A DNA stretch of 32,000 bases, taken from Halogeometricum borinquense DSM 11551. GTDB lineage: Archaea; Halobacteriota; Halobacteria; Halobacteriales; Haloferacaceae. Position numbers and translations under genes: made by a program. Shown in pieces: positions 15,546 through 24,532 of the stretch. Position 1 is the first letter of the stretch. Each line of letters begins with the position of its first letter. The notes under the pieces were generated by a model, which was given only the letters and a program-made list of their open reading frames with translations, was not told the origin of the DNA and searched no databases. The DNA is taken from positions 450,001 to 482,000 of the forward strand of contig NC_014729.1 in assembly GCF_000172995.2 (NCBI RefSeq), read 5' to 3'.

Positions 15546-17168
15546 TTACTGATACCGGCCGCGCCCCTCGACCTGCCGGAGACGCGCAAGCACGTCCTCG
15601 TCCGGCCCGCCGCCTTCTTCGCCGTCACGCGCGACCGCAGCGTATCCTTCTTCGAACGCCTGCAGGAGCGGTTCAGGCTCGGCGGCGGTGCCTTCGACGC
15701 TCTGGCCGAACACGTGCAGATCCATCGCGTGGTCTTCGACGTGGCCCGTGTAGTAGCCGAGACCGAAGTCGATGAGGTACGTCTTCTCGGCATCGACGCG
15801 GACGTTCCGCGTCGTCGGGTCGCCGTGGACGAACCCCGCGTCGTGAACCGTTGCGAGGTGTTTGCCGACCGTCCGACACCGTTCTGTGGTCAGCGCGCCC
15901 GCCAAATCCGACTTGCCGACCGACTCGAAGACGATGACGCCCTCTGTCGGGTCTACGTCGCGGATGACTGGCGTTGGAACGCCCTCACGCCGTGCTTGAC
16001 TCGTTAGGCGCGCCTCGGCGCGTGTCCGTTCCTTTCGGAGTTTGTCGTCGAGTTCCGCGTGCCGGTACGTCTTGGGTACGCGCCGCTTCACCACGCTGTC
16101 GTCCTCGAACGTCACCGTCGCTTCAGCACCGCGAATCTTCCCTTCCGCCGTCGGGTCGCGGGCCACCGACTCCTCGTCGTCACGCCAGGTCACGGGCACT
16201 TGATCGGGCCGGTAGTTCGGGTTCACCGCGGAGTCGGAAATCGGAAGGACGTCGCCTGCGGCGAGCATCCGCGCGCCGAGAACGGCAATCATGCCGGCGT
16301 TGTCCCGGAGGAACCGCGGTTCGGGGGCGTAAAAGTCCGCGCCGCGTTGGTCACACATCTCTGACAGCATCTCTCGCAGGCGGGCGTTCTGTCCGACACC
16401 GCCGCCGAGGACGAGTTCATCCGTCCCGGTCAACGACAGCGCACGCTCTGCGACTTCGGTCAACATGGCGAAGATCGTCTCTTGCAGGCCGCAACACACA
16501 TCTTCGACAGGCACGCCGTCATCAGACGCCTGCTTTGCGGCGGACATAATGCCCGAGAAGGAGAAGTCCATTCCCTTCACGACGTACGGCAGATCATGAT
16601 ATTCGCCGTCTTTCGCCGCACGCTCGACCTTCGGACCGCCGGGGTGCGTCCAGCCGACGTGTCGGGTGAATTTGTCGATTGCGTTGCCGACGCCGGTATC
16701 CATCGTCTCGCCGAGGACGCGGTAACGGCCGTTGTGGTAGCCTAACAGGTGCGCGTTCGCACCCGAGGCGTTCAGACAGACGGGGGAGTCGAATCCCGAC
16801 TGATAGCGCCCGATTTCGAGATGAGCGACCATGTGATTGACGCCGACGAGGGGAACGTCGAGCGTCTGCGCGAGCGAGCGCGCGGCGGTGCCGACGATGC
16901 GAAGACACGGTCCCAAACCGGGACCGCGAGAGAAGGCGACACCGTCGATTTCGGGACTGTCACCTTCGGCCGTCTCGACCGCGTGGTCGAGTACTGTCGA
17001 GACGACAGCGGGGATGGCATCACCCATATGTTCGGCCGCTTCGCGCGGGTGAATGCCGCCGCTGTCGGGTTCGTACGGATCAGATTCGATGAACACCTCG
17101 TCCGTCGCCGTGTCGAAGAGCGCGGCGCTGGCGGCCCACGCAGTCCCTTCGATACCTACGATACGCAT
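15546..17168 (-). CDS. kae1: Bifunctional Kae1/Bud32 (tRNA t6A threonylcarbamoyltransferase fused to the Bud32 kinase)
   Basis: 540-aa ORF. The N-terminal half has the Kae1/OSGEP motifs (MRIVGIEGTAW...VGVNHMVAHLE...). The C-terminal half is a Bud32-type kinase (GAEATV...HGDPTTRNV...YLIDFGL). Confidence 0.95.
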   Translation of the reverse strand: MRIVGIEGTAWAASAALFDTATDEVFIESDPYEPDSGGIHPREAAEHMGDAIPAVVSTVLDHAVETAEGDSPEIDGVAFSRGPGLGPCLRIVGTAARSLAQTLDVPLVGVNHMVAHLEIGRYQSGFDSPVCLNASGANAHLLGYHNGRYRVLGETMDTGVGNAIDKFTRHVGWTHPGGPKVERAAKDGEYHDLPYVVKGMDFSFSGIMSAAKQASDDGVPVEDVCCGLQETIFAMLTEVAERALSLTGTDELVLGGGVGQNARLREMLSEMCDQRGADFYAPEPRFLRDNAGMIAVLGARMLAAGDVLPISDSAVNPNYRPDQVPVTWRDDEESVARDPTAEGKIRGAEATVTFEDDSVVKRRVPKTYRHAELDDKLRKERTRAEARLTSQARREGVPTPVIRDVDPTEGVIVFESVGKSDLAGALTTERCRTVGKHLATVHDAGFVHGDPTTRNVRVDAEKTYLIDFGLGYYTGHVEDHAMDLHVFGQSVEGTAAEPEPLLQAFEEGYAAVARDGEEGGGPDEDVLARLRQVEGRGRYQ

Positions 17169-17202
17169 CGAGAACGAAAGTTACAGTTGATTTACGGCCG
17201 GT

Positions 17203-17520
17203 TCAGGCTTCCTCGGCTTCCGCCTCGGCGTCGCCTTCTTCGGCTTCGATCTTGTTCCGGTCGAGCATGTAGTCCTGTTCGACGTCGCGGGCGAACTCGG
17301 GCGACTCGTAAACCTTCGCGTAGCCGGCGGTCTTTCGCATGCCGAACTTCGTGTCGAGTTCGTGGATGACGACCTCGTCGGAGTCCTTGTTCAGCTTTGC
17401 CGCGAGACTGTCGCGGACAGACAGACGGGAGGGCGTGGCTTCGTCGTGAACGATCTCGAACCGAACGTCCGTCCGGTGCAACATGGGATTCTCGTCTTCG
17501 GAGATGACTTCGATTTCCAT
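17203..17520 (-). CDS. rps24e: 30S ribosomal protein S24e
   Basis: This uses the internal ATG of track ORF 17203..17610. It translates to MEIEVISEDENPMLHRTDVRFEIVHDEATPSRLSVRDSLAAKLNKDSDEVVIHELDTKFGMRKTAGYAKVYESPEFA, followed by an acidic tail. Confidence 0.9.
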   Translation of the reverse strand: MEIEVISEDENPMLHRTDVRFEIVHDEATPSRLSVRDSLAAKLNKDSDEVVIHELDTKFGMRKTAGYAKVYESPEFARDVEQDYMLDRNKIEAEEGDAEAEAEEA

Positions 17521-17627
17521 AGTCAGTTGGGCTAAACTCCTCTCGAAAGGAGTAAAAGGATTTCGAAGGGCAAGACGCCCATCGAAACGCCCGGTGAACG
17601 GAATCGCCACCGGCTTGCCGGAGTGCG

Positions 17628-18155
17628 TTACGATTCGAGAAGCGACAGTAGTGATTCGGCGTCGCCGTCCATCCGCCGGAGCAATGACCGCATCTCGGCT
17701 TTCGAATCGTCTGTCACATCGATGAGAACCATTCCTTCGTCGGGTTGCCCGTAGACGACGCTCGCACCGGTCGGCGCGGCGACGACTGCAGGTAGCGTCG
17801 CCAAGTCCTCTTCACCCGCTACGACGACGGTCACTGGGTCGTCGGCGTCGAGGGCGTCACGAATAGTGTCGGCGAGTGCCTCCGTAATCTCGCCTGCCGG
17901 ATTGTTCACGTCACGGCGCGTTTCGGGATCTGAAAGCGCGCGGCGTATCTCTTCGTCAACGGCTTCGCGTTTCGTCTTCCCGTCGATAACGGCCACGTCG
18001 GGCGTGCGTCCGGCTCGTCGGAGGTGGTGCGTGACCACGTCACCCACGGCGATAATCGGAGTTCCGGCGTCTGCGAGGAGACGGTCGGCGTCAGTGTAGA
18101 GCGGCCCGAACGGCTCTTTGAACTCGCCGCGGAGTGCCGTTGGTAGCCGAAGCAT
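17628..18155 (-). CDS. DUF359 protein, the archaeal GTP-dependent dephospho-CoA kinase family
   Basis: 175-aa ORF: LRGEFKEPFGPLYTD...IIAVGDVVTHHL...PDVAVIDGKTKRE. It also sits in the conserved position next to spt4 and rpoE'. Confidence 0.8.
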   Translation of the reverse strand: MLRLPTALRGEFKEPFGPLYTDADRLLADAGTPIIAVGDVVTHHLRRAGRTPDVAVIDGKTKREAVDEEIRRALSDPETRRDVNNPAGEITEALADTIRDALDADDPVTVVVAGEEDLATLPAVVAAPTGASVVYGQPDEGMVLIDVTDDSKAEMRSLLRRMDGDAESLLSLLES

Positions 18156-18158
18156 CCC

Positions 18159-18356
18159 TTATCTGACCTTCAGCGCGTAGCCGCCGGGTTCGGTCACGTT
18201 CATCTCGGTCGCAATATCGCTCTCTTCGGGATGCGTGATGACGACGTAGCCTGCCCAGTCCTCAGTGAGGCTGGACGCGCCGCAGTTCTCACACGCTTGC
18301 GAGTCTGGCATGTTGATGTAGTGGCACTCGCGGCAGGCGAGACGCGGCTTGGCCAT
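18159..18356 (-). CDS. spt4: Transcription elongation factor Spt4 (RpoE'')
   Basis: 65-aa zinc-ribbon protein with CRECHY...CENCG followed by WAGYVVI. It lies immediately downstream of rpoE'. Confidence 0.85.
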   Translation of the reverse strand: MAKPRLACRECHYINMPDSQACENCGASSLTEDWAGYVVITHPEESDIATEMNVTEPGGYALKVR

Positions 18357-18935
18357 CTACCGGCCCTCCGCTTCGGTCGTCGCTTCGCTGGCCTGTCGAT
18401 CCGCTTCAAGCCAGCCGTGTTTGCCGAGGCCGGGCTGTTTGGCGGTGAGGCCAATCTTCGAGTCGCGCGGGTTGCGCTCGTCGATGCTCTTCGTGACGAC
18501 GCGAACGCGCACGGAGTCTCCGACTGCGAGCGTGCGGTTCGATTCCGTCGAGGCGAGTTGCTGGTTCTCGCCGTCGTAGGCGAGGTATTCGTCGGAAATC
18601 TGCGAGACGTGCAGCAGTCCGTCCACGGGACCGATGCCGACGAAGGCACCGAACTCCACGACCTCGACGACCTCTCCGTCGATGACCTCCTGCATGTCGG
18701 GATCGAAGGTGACCGCGTCGAACTCGGCCTCGTAGTAGACGCCTGCGCGTCCGGGGAGAACCGTTCCTTCGCCGATGTCGTGAACGTTAACGACGCTCAC
18801 GACGCTACCGACATCTTCGTCCATCCGTCCTTCCAGTTTGTCCTGCAGGAGTCGCTTGACCCGTTGCGGGGTCACGTCAGCGAGATGCTCCGGCGGAACC
18901 TCCACTGTGTCTTTGAGTCGTACCCGTTTGTACAT
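18357..18935 (-). CDS. rpoE: DNA-directed RNA polymerase subunit E' (Rpo7)
   Basis: MYKRVRLKDTVEVPPEHL... is followed by an S1 domain (GEVVEVVEFGAFVGIGPVDGLLHVSQI). Confidence 0.9.
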   Translation of the reverse strand: MYKRVRLKDTVEVPPEHLADVTPQRVKRLLQDKLEGRMDEDVGSVVSVVNVHDIGEGTVLPGRAGVYYEAEFDAVTFDPDMQEVIDGEVVEVVEFGAFVGIGPVDGLLHVSQISDEYLAYDGENQQLASTESNRTLAVGDSVRVRVVTKSIDERNPRDSKIGLTAKQPGLGKHGWLEADRQASEATTEAEGR

Positions 18936-18942
18936 CGTAGTG

Positions 18943-19401
18943 CTAAGGTTCTGTTATGTCCAATTTGTGGTGCCCCCTTATACCGATTACTCGTACGCCG
19001 CGTTCGAGCAGTCGGTCACGAAGGGGTTTGTCGTTCGTGACGACGTAGTCGAATCCGCGTTCTGCGAGTTCTACTACGGCGTCGTCCGCGTAGGTTGCTT
19101 CGGTGTCGACGACACGGCACCGGTCGGCCGCAAGGTCCGCGCCAACACTCGCTGCGACGCCCTCGTTCCCGGCCCCAGCGGAGAGTTTCTCTAACTCTCC
19201 GACGACGGCCGACGGCACCACGAGGTCTACGTTCGCGGCGAGCAGTCGGTCGAGTTCGTCGAACACGCGAACGTCGAGTTCCACGGGCATCATCAGCGCG
19301 TTCGTGTCGAGGACGACCGTGGTCGTCGCGTCGGTGTCCGAGTCCGTCCGGTGTCGTGTCTCTGTCGTCACTTGAGCGTCCCGATACCGATGAGTCGCCA
19401 T
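18943..19401 (-). CDS. PIN-domain protein (COG1412 type, in the conserved rpoE'-aIF2gamma neighbourhood)
   Basis: [13 protein letters not shown]...[13 protein letters not shown]...DDAVVELA...[13 protein letters not shown]. The annotated start overlaps the end of the aIF2-gamma gene by 34 nt, so the true start may lie further downstream. Confidence 0.8.
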   Translation of the reverse strand: MATHRYRDAQVTTETRHRTDSDTDATTTVVLDTNALMMPVELDVRVFDELDRLLAANVDLVVPSAVVGELEKLSAGAGNEGVAASVGADLAADRCRVVDTEATYADDAVVELAERGFDYVVTNDKPLRDRLLERGVRVIGIRGHHKLDITEP

Positions 19402-20600
19402 CGTGCGCCGACGCGGCGGTTAATGGCTATCTTCGCACCGTCAGCGGCGCAGACGGGGCGCTTCAGCGAGACTTCGGCCTCGCCCGTGCGCGCGCTCGTC
19501 ACCGCGCCGACGGTGGTTGCCGTGCCCACGGTGAGCATCAGCGGTTCACCCGTCGAAATCTCCTCGACGGTCTCTTCGTCCTCTCCGACCACGCGATTGA
19601 GGAGTTCGACGTCCATCGTGAACTCCTCGCGCGTCGGTGGCAGTGTGCCGGGTTCGCCGGCGACTTGTCCGGCGAGGGCGTCGCCCTTCGTCAGGCTGGG
19701 ATCGAGACCAGTCCCGACGCCGCAAAGTCCACCGGGGCGGACTTCGTCGGTCATCTGTCCACCGGCTTGGAGCGACCGGATGTCTGTTGTGATGGGTCGC
19801 CACTCGGTCTGTCCGCCCTCGTCAACCTCTCGGCCGGGACGGAGTTCGAGCTCCTCGCCTTCCGTCAGTTTCCCCTCGACGACTGACCCGCCGATGACGC
19901 CGCCGGAGAGGTCCTCCCACGTCGTCCCGGGTCGGTTGATGTCGAACGACCGAGCGGTGAACATCCGCGCGGCCTCGGACTCGTCGTGTTCGGGCGTCGG
20001 GATCTCCCGTTCGATAGCGTCGATGAGGAGGTCGATGTTGACCTCTTGTTGGGCGCTAATCGGGACGATGGGGGCGTCTTCAGCCACGGTCCCCTGCACG
20101 AACTCTTGGATCTGCTCGTAGTTCTCGACCGCGCGGTCGCGGTCTACGAGGTCGATCTTGTTCTGTGCGATGACGATGTTATCGATCCCGATGATGTCCA
20201 GTGCCATCAGGTGTTCTTCAGTCTGTGCCTGCGGAACGTTCTCGGTCGCAGAGACGACGAGAACGGCACCGTCCATGATAGCGGCACCCGACAGCATCGT
20301 GGCCATGAGCGTCTCGTGGCCGGGCGCATCGACGAACGAGACAGTGCGTAGAACGTCGGTCTCGTTGCCGTCGTCATCCGTTTCTTCGACAGTGTAGCAC
20401 TCCGGCGGGTCCGCGCCGGGAATCTTTCGGAACGTCGCGTCGGCGTAGCCGAGGCGGATGGAGATGCCGCGCTTCATCTCCTCGGAGTGCTGGTCGGTCC
20501 ATGACCCCGACAGGGCCTGCACCAGCGTCGTCTTACCGTGGTCTACGTGGCCGACCAGTCCGATGTTCACCTCCGGTTGTTGTGGATTTTGTGTCACCAT
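19368..20600 (-). CDS. eif2g: Translation initiation factor aIF2 subunit gamma
   Basis: This uses the internal ATG of track ORF 19368..20699. It translates to [32 protein letters not shown]...DAPGHE...NKIDL. GGAGGT lies 3 nt upstream of the ATG. Confidence 0.95.
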   Translation of the reverse strand: MVTQNPQQPEVNIGLVGHVDHGKTTLVQALSGSWTDQHSEEMKRGISIRLGYADATFRKIPGADPPECYTVEETDDDGNETDVLRTVSFVDAPGHETLMATMLSGAAIMDGAVLVVSATENVPQAQTEEHLMALDIIGIDNIVIAQNKIDLVDRDRAVENYEQIQEFVQGTVAEDAPIVPISAQQEVNIDLLIDAIEREIPTPEHDESEAARMFTARSFDINRPGTTWEDLSGGVIGGSVVEGKLTEGEELELRPGREVDEGGQTEWRPITTDIRSLQAGGQMTDEVRPGGLCGVGTGLDPSLTKGDALAGQVAGEPGTLPPTREEFTMDVELLNRVVGEDEETVEEISTGEPLMLTVGTATTVGAVTSARTGEAEVSLKRPVCAADGAKIAINRRVGARWRLIGIGTLK

Positions 20601-20742
20601 TGACCTCCTAAGAGTAATCTTGGGAAAGCTTCGCCCCGAACGCCTGATAAAGTTGCTGTTCTCGTGACGCGCAGCGTACGCTGTGTGCCACCGAAACACG
20701 AACGAGATCCGGATGCGGCGGCTCTAATCCGATTTTAGCGAT

Positions 20743-21588
20743 CTACTCGACCTGTCGCATCAGGCCGAACAGCTCCTTGCGGTACGCCTTCGGCGTCAGG
20801 CCCAGATCGATATCGACGCTGAGTTCGATTGCGTCCGACGGGTTCTTCGTCACCGAACGGGCGAAGTTCTCCGCGGGATACGCCCCGCCAGCGACAAGGA
20901 CAGAGTTGTCTGCAATCCACGCCGCGAGGTGACCCGCAACGGATATCTCGCCGCCCTCGATAGTGATGTCCTCAGTTCCAACGTTGACGGAGAACCCCTC
21001 GAAGGAGTACGACGCTTCGTACTCGGTCAAGCGAGCCGACGTTCCGGAGGCCACGTCGAACGTGCCGGTCCCCACCTGTTCGACAGGTTTGAGTCCGGCC
21101 TCCTTCAGTCGGTTGCGGAACTGTGTCCGCGACTGTGACTCGACTTGGTCGAGCAGTTCCTTCTGTCCCGCACCGGCGGGCAGACTCGTTAGGTCGGGAT
21201 CGAACGTCACCCGCGTGGCGAAGAACGTGGCGAACTGCGTGGCCGCTTGGCCGAGCGTCTTGTCGGCGATCTCGGCCCGAAGTTCGGTGTCCTCGTACAA
21301 CCGAGTTCGCGTCGCCGCCGTCATCGTCACCGGGCCGAGGTCCTGCTCGAACGCCGGGTCCTGTGTCACATCGTCTACCTGTTCCCATCCCCCCGATTTC
21401 AGCTGTTCCTCCGGTACGGTCGGCGGCCGCCGCGCGGCGCTCACCGTTCCGCCTGTCCCACTACAGCCGGCGAGCGCGGAAACCCCCGTTACTGCCGCCA
21501 GACCGAGAAACGCGCGTCTTCCGTGCCGTTTCGTATCCGTGGTTGTTCGTTCCACCCGATCACTGGTCGATTCTGGATCCCCATCCAT
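20743..21588 (-). CDS. Tat-signal lipoprotein of unknown function
   Basis: 281-aa ORF. RRAFLGLAAVTGVSALAGCSG contains a twin-arginine motif and a lipobox. Confidence 0.75.
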   Translation of the reverse strand: MDGDPESTSDRVERTTTDTKRHGRRAFLGLAAVTGVSALAGCSGTGGTVSAARRPPTVPEEQLKSGGWEQVDDVTQDPAFEQDLGPVTMTAATRTRLYEDTELRAEIADKTLGQAATQFATFFATRVTFDPDLTSLPAGAGQKELLDQVESQSRTQFRNRLKEAGLKPVEQVGTGTFDVASGTSARLTEYEASYSFEGFSVNVGTEDITIEGGEISVAGHLAAWIADNSVLVAGGAYPAENFARSVTKNPSDAIELSVDIDLGLTPKAYRKELFGLMRQVE

Positions 21589-21681
21589 AGCCCTCTCTCA
21601 CTCCCACTCACTCAAGTAATTTTCCGTGAACTGACGGCTGAAATACAAGTTTTCCGAGTCGTTTTTGCCCGTTCCGAGCCG

Positions 21682-22677
21682 ATGCGGCGATACGTGGTCG
21701 CCGAAACTGACCGTCCGCGGGAATTTGCCTTCGAGTTGGCTCTCTGCTCGCACCTCGAACAGACGACTGAGTGGGTTCTCGGACGGCAACTTGGCGCTGC
21801 GGTCGCCGCTCCCGGCCGTCGAATCATGGACGTGTGCGCCGTCCACCCCGGCCCGTCGTTCGACACCCGCGCGGACATCACGTCGCGAGCGATTCCACTT
21901 CGTGCGATTACGTGCGACGTTGGTACCGGCGAGGCAGTGTTCTGGCGCGACGCGTTCGACTGCCACCGCAATACCGCCAGAGACGTTGTCGATAGCGCAG
22001 TCGAAGCGGGCTTCTTCGAGTCGGAGTGGCGCGGCGGCCGTGAATACGTCCGGCAGACGACGCGCTACCCGGCTGATTGGTTCGGCCGACTTGTCGGGAT
22101 CGAGAACAAGCCCGATTTGGGCGACCCCGGCGACTTGGAGCGACAACTCCGCACGGACGCCTCGCTCGGCCTGTTCGACGAGATCATCCTCGCCACCGAG
22201 AGCTACGTCACTCGCGCACATCTGAATCGCATCCCCGAGTCAGTCGGCGTCTGGCGGTTCGACCCTGAGTCTGGCGAGCGGGAAGTCGTCCGCGACGCGA
22301 CGCCGCTCGACCCCGCCTCGCCGGGCATCGAACTCGTCGCCGAACGGCCGCTCAGAACCGACGTGGAACTCGTCTCGGGCGAACGAAAGCGGCAGGCACG
22401 ACTTCGACTGGCCGAACGAACGTACGGGAAAGGCTGGCGGACGTACGACCTTCCGACGTGTGCGAACGCGAGCGTGACCAGCGACGGCCGCCCCTACTGC
22501 GCGCATTTCAACCGTGTTGTCGAACCGGGCCGCGACTGCGGCGACGACTGCCAGCCGTTCGAGGCGGCCGACGCGCCCTCTCTCGACGCTGACAGTCTCC
22601 GAGACGAGCGGACGCCGTGGGTCAGTGATCCCGACGGTGTCGCGCGCCGACAAAGCGGGCTGGACCGGTTTTGGTGA
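21682..22677 (+). CDS. Conserved hypothetical protein with PD-(D/E)xK-like motifs and a four-cysteine C-terminal region
   Basis: This uses the internal ATG of track ORF 21247..22677, giving 331 aa. Motifs are EFAFELALCSHLE (Glu helix), RRIMDVCAV (Asp strand), LVGIENKPD (E-x-K), and CANAS-x9-C...C-x3-C near the C-terminus. Confidence 0.7.
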   Translation: MRRYVVAETDRPREFAFELALCSHLEQTTEWVLGRQLGAAVAAPGRRIMDVCAVHPGPSFDTRADITSRAIPLRAITCDVGTGEAVFWRDAFDCHRNTARDVVDSAVEAGFFESEWRGGREYVRQTTRYPADWFGRLVGIENKPDLGDPGDLERQLRTDASLGLFDEIILATESYVTRAHLNRIPESVGVWRFDPESGEREVVRDATPLDPASPGIELVAERPLRTDVELVSGERKRQARLRLAERTYGKGWRTYDLPTCANASVTSDGRPYCAHFNRVVEPGRDCGDDCQPFEAADAPSLDADSLRDERTPWVSDPDGVARRQSGLDRFW

Positions 22678-22682
22678 CCTAA

Positions 22683-22895
22683 TTACGCTTCTTCGGCGCG
22701 TCTGTCCATATAGTTCCAGTACGCGATGAGTAGGATGGCGAAGATAACGACGACTACGAACTGGAGTGCGGACCCGAGTAAATCGACTCGTCCGGTGTTC
22801 TGGTAGGTCGTCATGAGGTTCTCTGTTGCGACAAGTCCGCCCATGAGGAGGAAGTATCTGAATACGTTGTCTGTGATGATTGCCCGAAGGCTCAT
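22683..22895 (-). CDS. Small two-helix membrane protein of 70 aa
   Basis: MSLRAIITDNVFRYFLLMGGLVATENLMTTYQNTGRVDLLGSALQFVVVVIFAILLIAYWNYMDRRAEEA. It starts 13 nt downstream of the MBL-fold gene stop. Confidence 0.5.
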   Translation of the reverse strand: MSLRAIITDNVFRYFLLMGGLVATENLMTTYQNTGRVDLLGSALQFVVVVIFAILLIAYWNYMDRRAEEA

Positions 22896-22908
22896 GCGTC
22901 ACTCCCCC

Positions 22909-23733
22909 TCACAATTTGTACACCTCGCCGTCCACGGCTAACGGCTCCTCGAACGCCTCTTCGACGGGATAGTAGTGAGCTGTGTGGACGAGGCGGGTTT
23001 GTTCTGCGTTCAGGTCGTCGGCGAGGGCGAGTGCCCCCTCTCGGGTCATGTGCTTCGTGCCGAACGTCCGCGGCACGCCTTCGTCGTCGAAATGTTTGCC
23101 GCCGAGCGGGTGGTGTTGGCAGAGCGACGCCGGGACGATGGCCTCCGCGAGAAGCAGGTCAGGGTCCGACAGAACGCTCCGTGAGTCCTCGGGGATGCCG
23201 TAACTCGTGTCACCCGACAGCGAGAGCTTCGCGCCCGTTTCGGAGTCTTCGATGGTGAGTCCGTAGCAGAGCAGCGGCGGATGTTCGACCGGAACGAGAG
23301 TCACGTCCAGCCCGCAGGTACGGAACGTTTCGAACGGTGTCTGCGCCCGGACCGAGATCCGGTCGAGATAATCGAATTTCGAGGCGACCGTTTCAGCGAC
23401 GCTCTGCCCCGTTTTCGGATCCGTTTCGTCGGCGGCGTGGACCGGCAGGTCGTCGAAGACGCGATAGGCGTTCCCGAGACCGTCGATATGGTCGAAGTGA
23501 ACGTGCGTGATAAGGCCCGCATCCGGCAGTGGAACCTCGTGCGTCAGAAACTGTTGGCGGAAGTCTGGGCTAAAATCAATGAGTAGCGACTCGCCCGTCC
23601 GGTCGTTCTCGACGTGGACCGAAAACCGGGTTCGCTCCACGCCGCGGGCGCGCGCTTCGCGGCAGGTGTCGCACTCACACCCGACGGTCGGCGTGCCCGT
23701 AGTGTCGCCCGTTCCGAGGAGGGTGACGCGCAT
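22909..23733 (-). CDS. MBL-fold metallo-hydrolase
   Basis: 274-aa ORF with the HxHxDH motif (ITHVHFDHIDG) and an N-terminal LLGTGDTTGTP. A CxC..C cysteine cluster lies near the N-terminus. Confidence 0.85.
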   Translation of the reverse strand: MRVTLLGTGDTTGTPTVGCECDTCREARARGVERTRFSVHVENDRTGESLLIDFSPDFRQQFLTHEVPLPDAGLITHVHFDHIDGLGNAYRVFDDLPVHAADETDPKTGQSVAETVASKFDYLDRISVRAQTPFETFRTCGLDVTLVPVEHPPLLCYGLTIEDSETGAKLSLSGDTSYGIPEDSRSVLSDPDLLLAEAIVPASLCQHHPLGGKHFDDEGVPRTFGTKHMTREGALALADDLNAEQTRLVHTAHYYPVEEAFEEPLAVDGEVYKL

Positions 23734-23830
23734 CGACTCGGAGTAGGGGACGGGTGGTTGATAAGCGTAGTCGAAGCAACTGCATCTCGCAGACGAGGGG
23801 AGACTGCCAACGTAGTCACAGACGACGGAG

Positions 23831-24466
23831 CTACGTCTGGTGCATCTTGCTGTACTCTACCCACGCGGGGATAGTCCGCGTCGCCGTCCGTCCGTCAAGT
23901 GTTACGGTCGCCGTCACTTCGCGCGGCGTCACTTCTACGAGTCGGTCGAATCCGACGCTCGTCTCGCTGATTTGCTCGCCGTCACGGTTGTATAGAATGG
24001 TGTGGGCCACGGAGAGGCTGGGGTCGTCGCCGTACTGACTCGTGACGCCGACGGACACGCCGTGGTTGTCTCCAAATTTGTCGGTCAGCATGTCGTGAAC
24101 CGCTGTCCCGGCAACGCTGGCACACTCTGTCGTCGCCCACTGCTTCCACGGAATCTCGTCGTACATCGGTTCTCGTTCCGGTTTCGATCCGTTCTTCACC
24201 GCCTCGTGATTCGTGTGGCGGTACCCGGTGACTATCTTGACCGTCTCGTTTTCGGGAACGTATTCCACGTCGTCTATGGTCTCCGAGACGGAGAGTGCCG
24301 CCGCTTCGCCTCTCGTCGGTTCCGGCGTGGATTCGGCGGTCGGGGTGGAGTTACCGGACGGTACTGTGACGTTCGCGTCGCCTGTGAGACTGCTGAGACA
24401 TCCGCTGGACAGAGAGAGCATTGCGGCGGCCACCACCCCGGCGAACGACCGTCTCGTGGAGGGCAT
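23831..24466 (-). CDS. Tat-signal lipoprotein of unknown function
   Basis: I prefer the ATG at 24466 over the TTG at 24493. MPSTRRSFAGVVAAAMLSLSSGC contains a twin-arginine motif and a lipobox. Confidence 0.75.
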   Translation of the reverse strand: MPSTRRSFAGVVAAAMLSLSSGCLSSLTGDANVTVPSGNSTPTAESTPEPTRGEAAALSVSETIDDVEYVPENETVKIVTGYRHTNHEAVKNGSKPEREPMYDEIPWKQWATTECASVAGTAVHDMLTDKFGDNHGVSVGVTSQYGDDPSLSVAHTILYNRDGEQISETSVGFDRLVEVTPREVTATVTLDGRTATRTIPAWVEYSKMHQT

Positions 24467-24532
24467 TGTTCGCAATGTTCTGTTCGAGAACAAATACTTT
24501 GTCGGATGGAGAGACCGAAGTCGGTGGATGCC

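Noticed and set aside
17169-17202. A hidden rps27ae micro-gene after rps24e
   Set aside because: Only 34 nt are available and no CxxC-containing frame exists.
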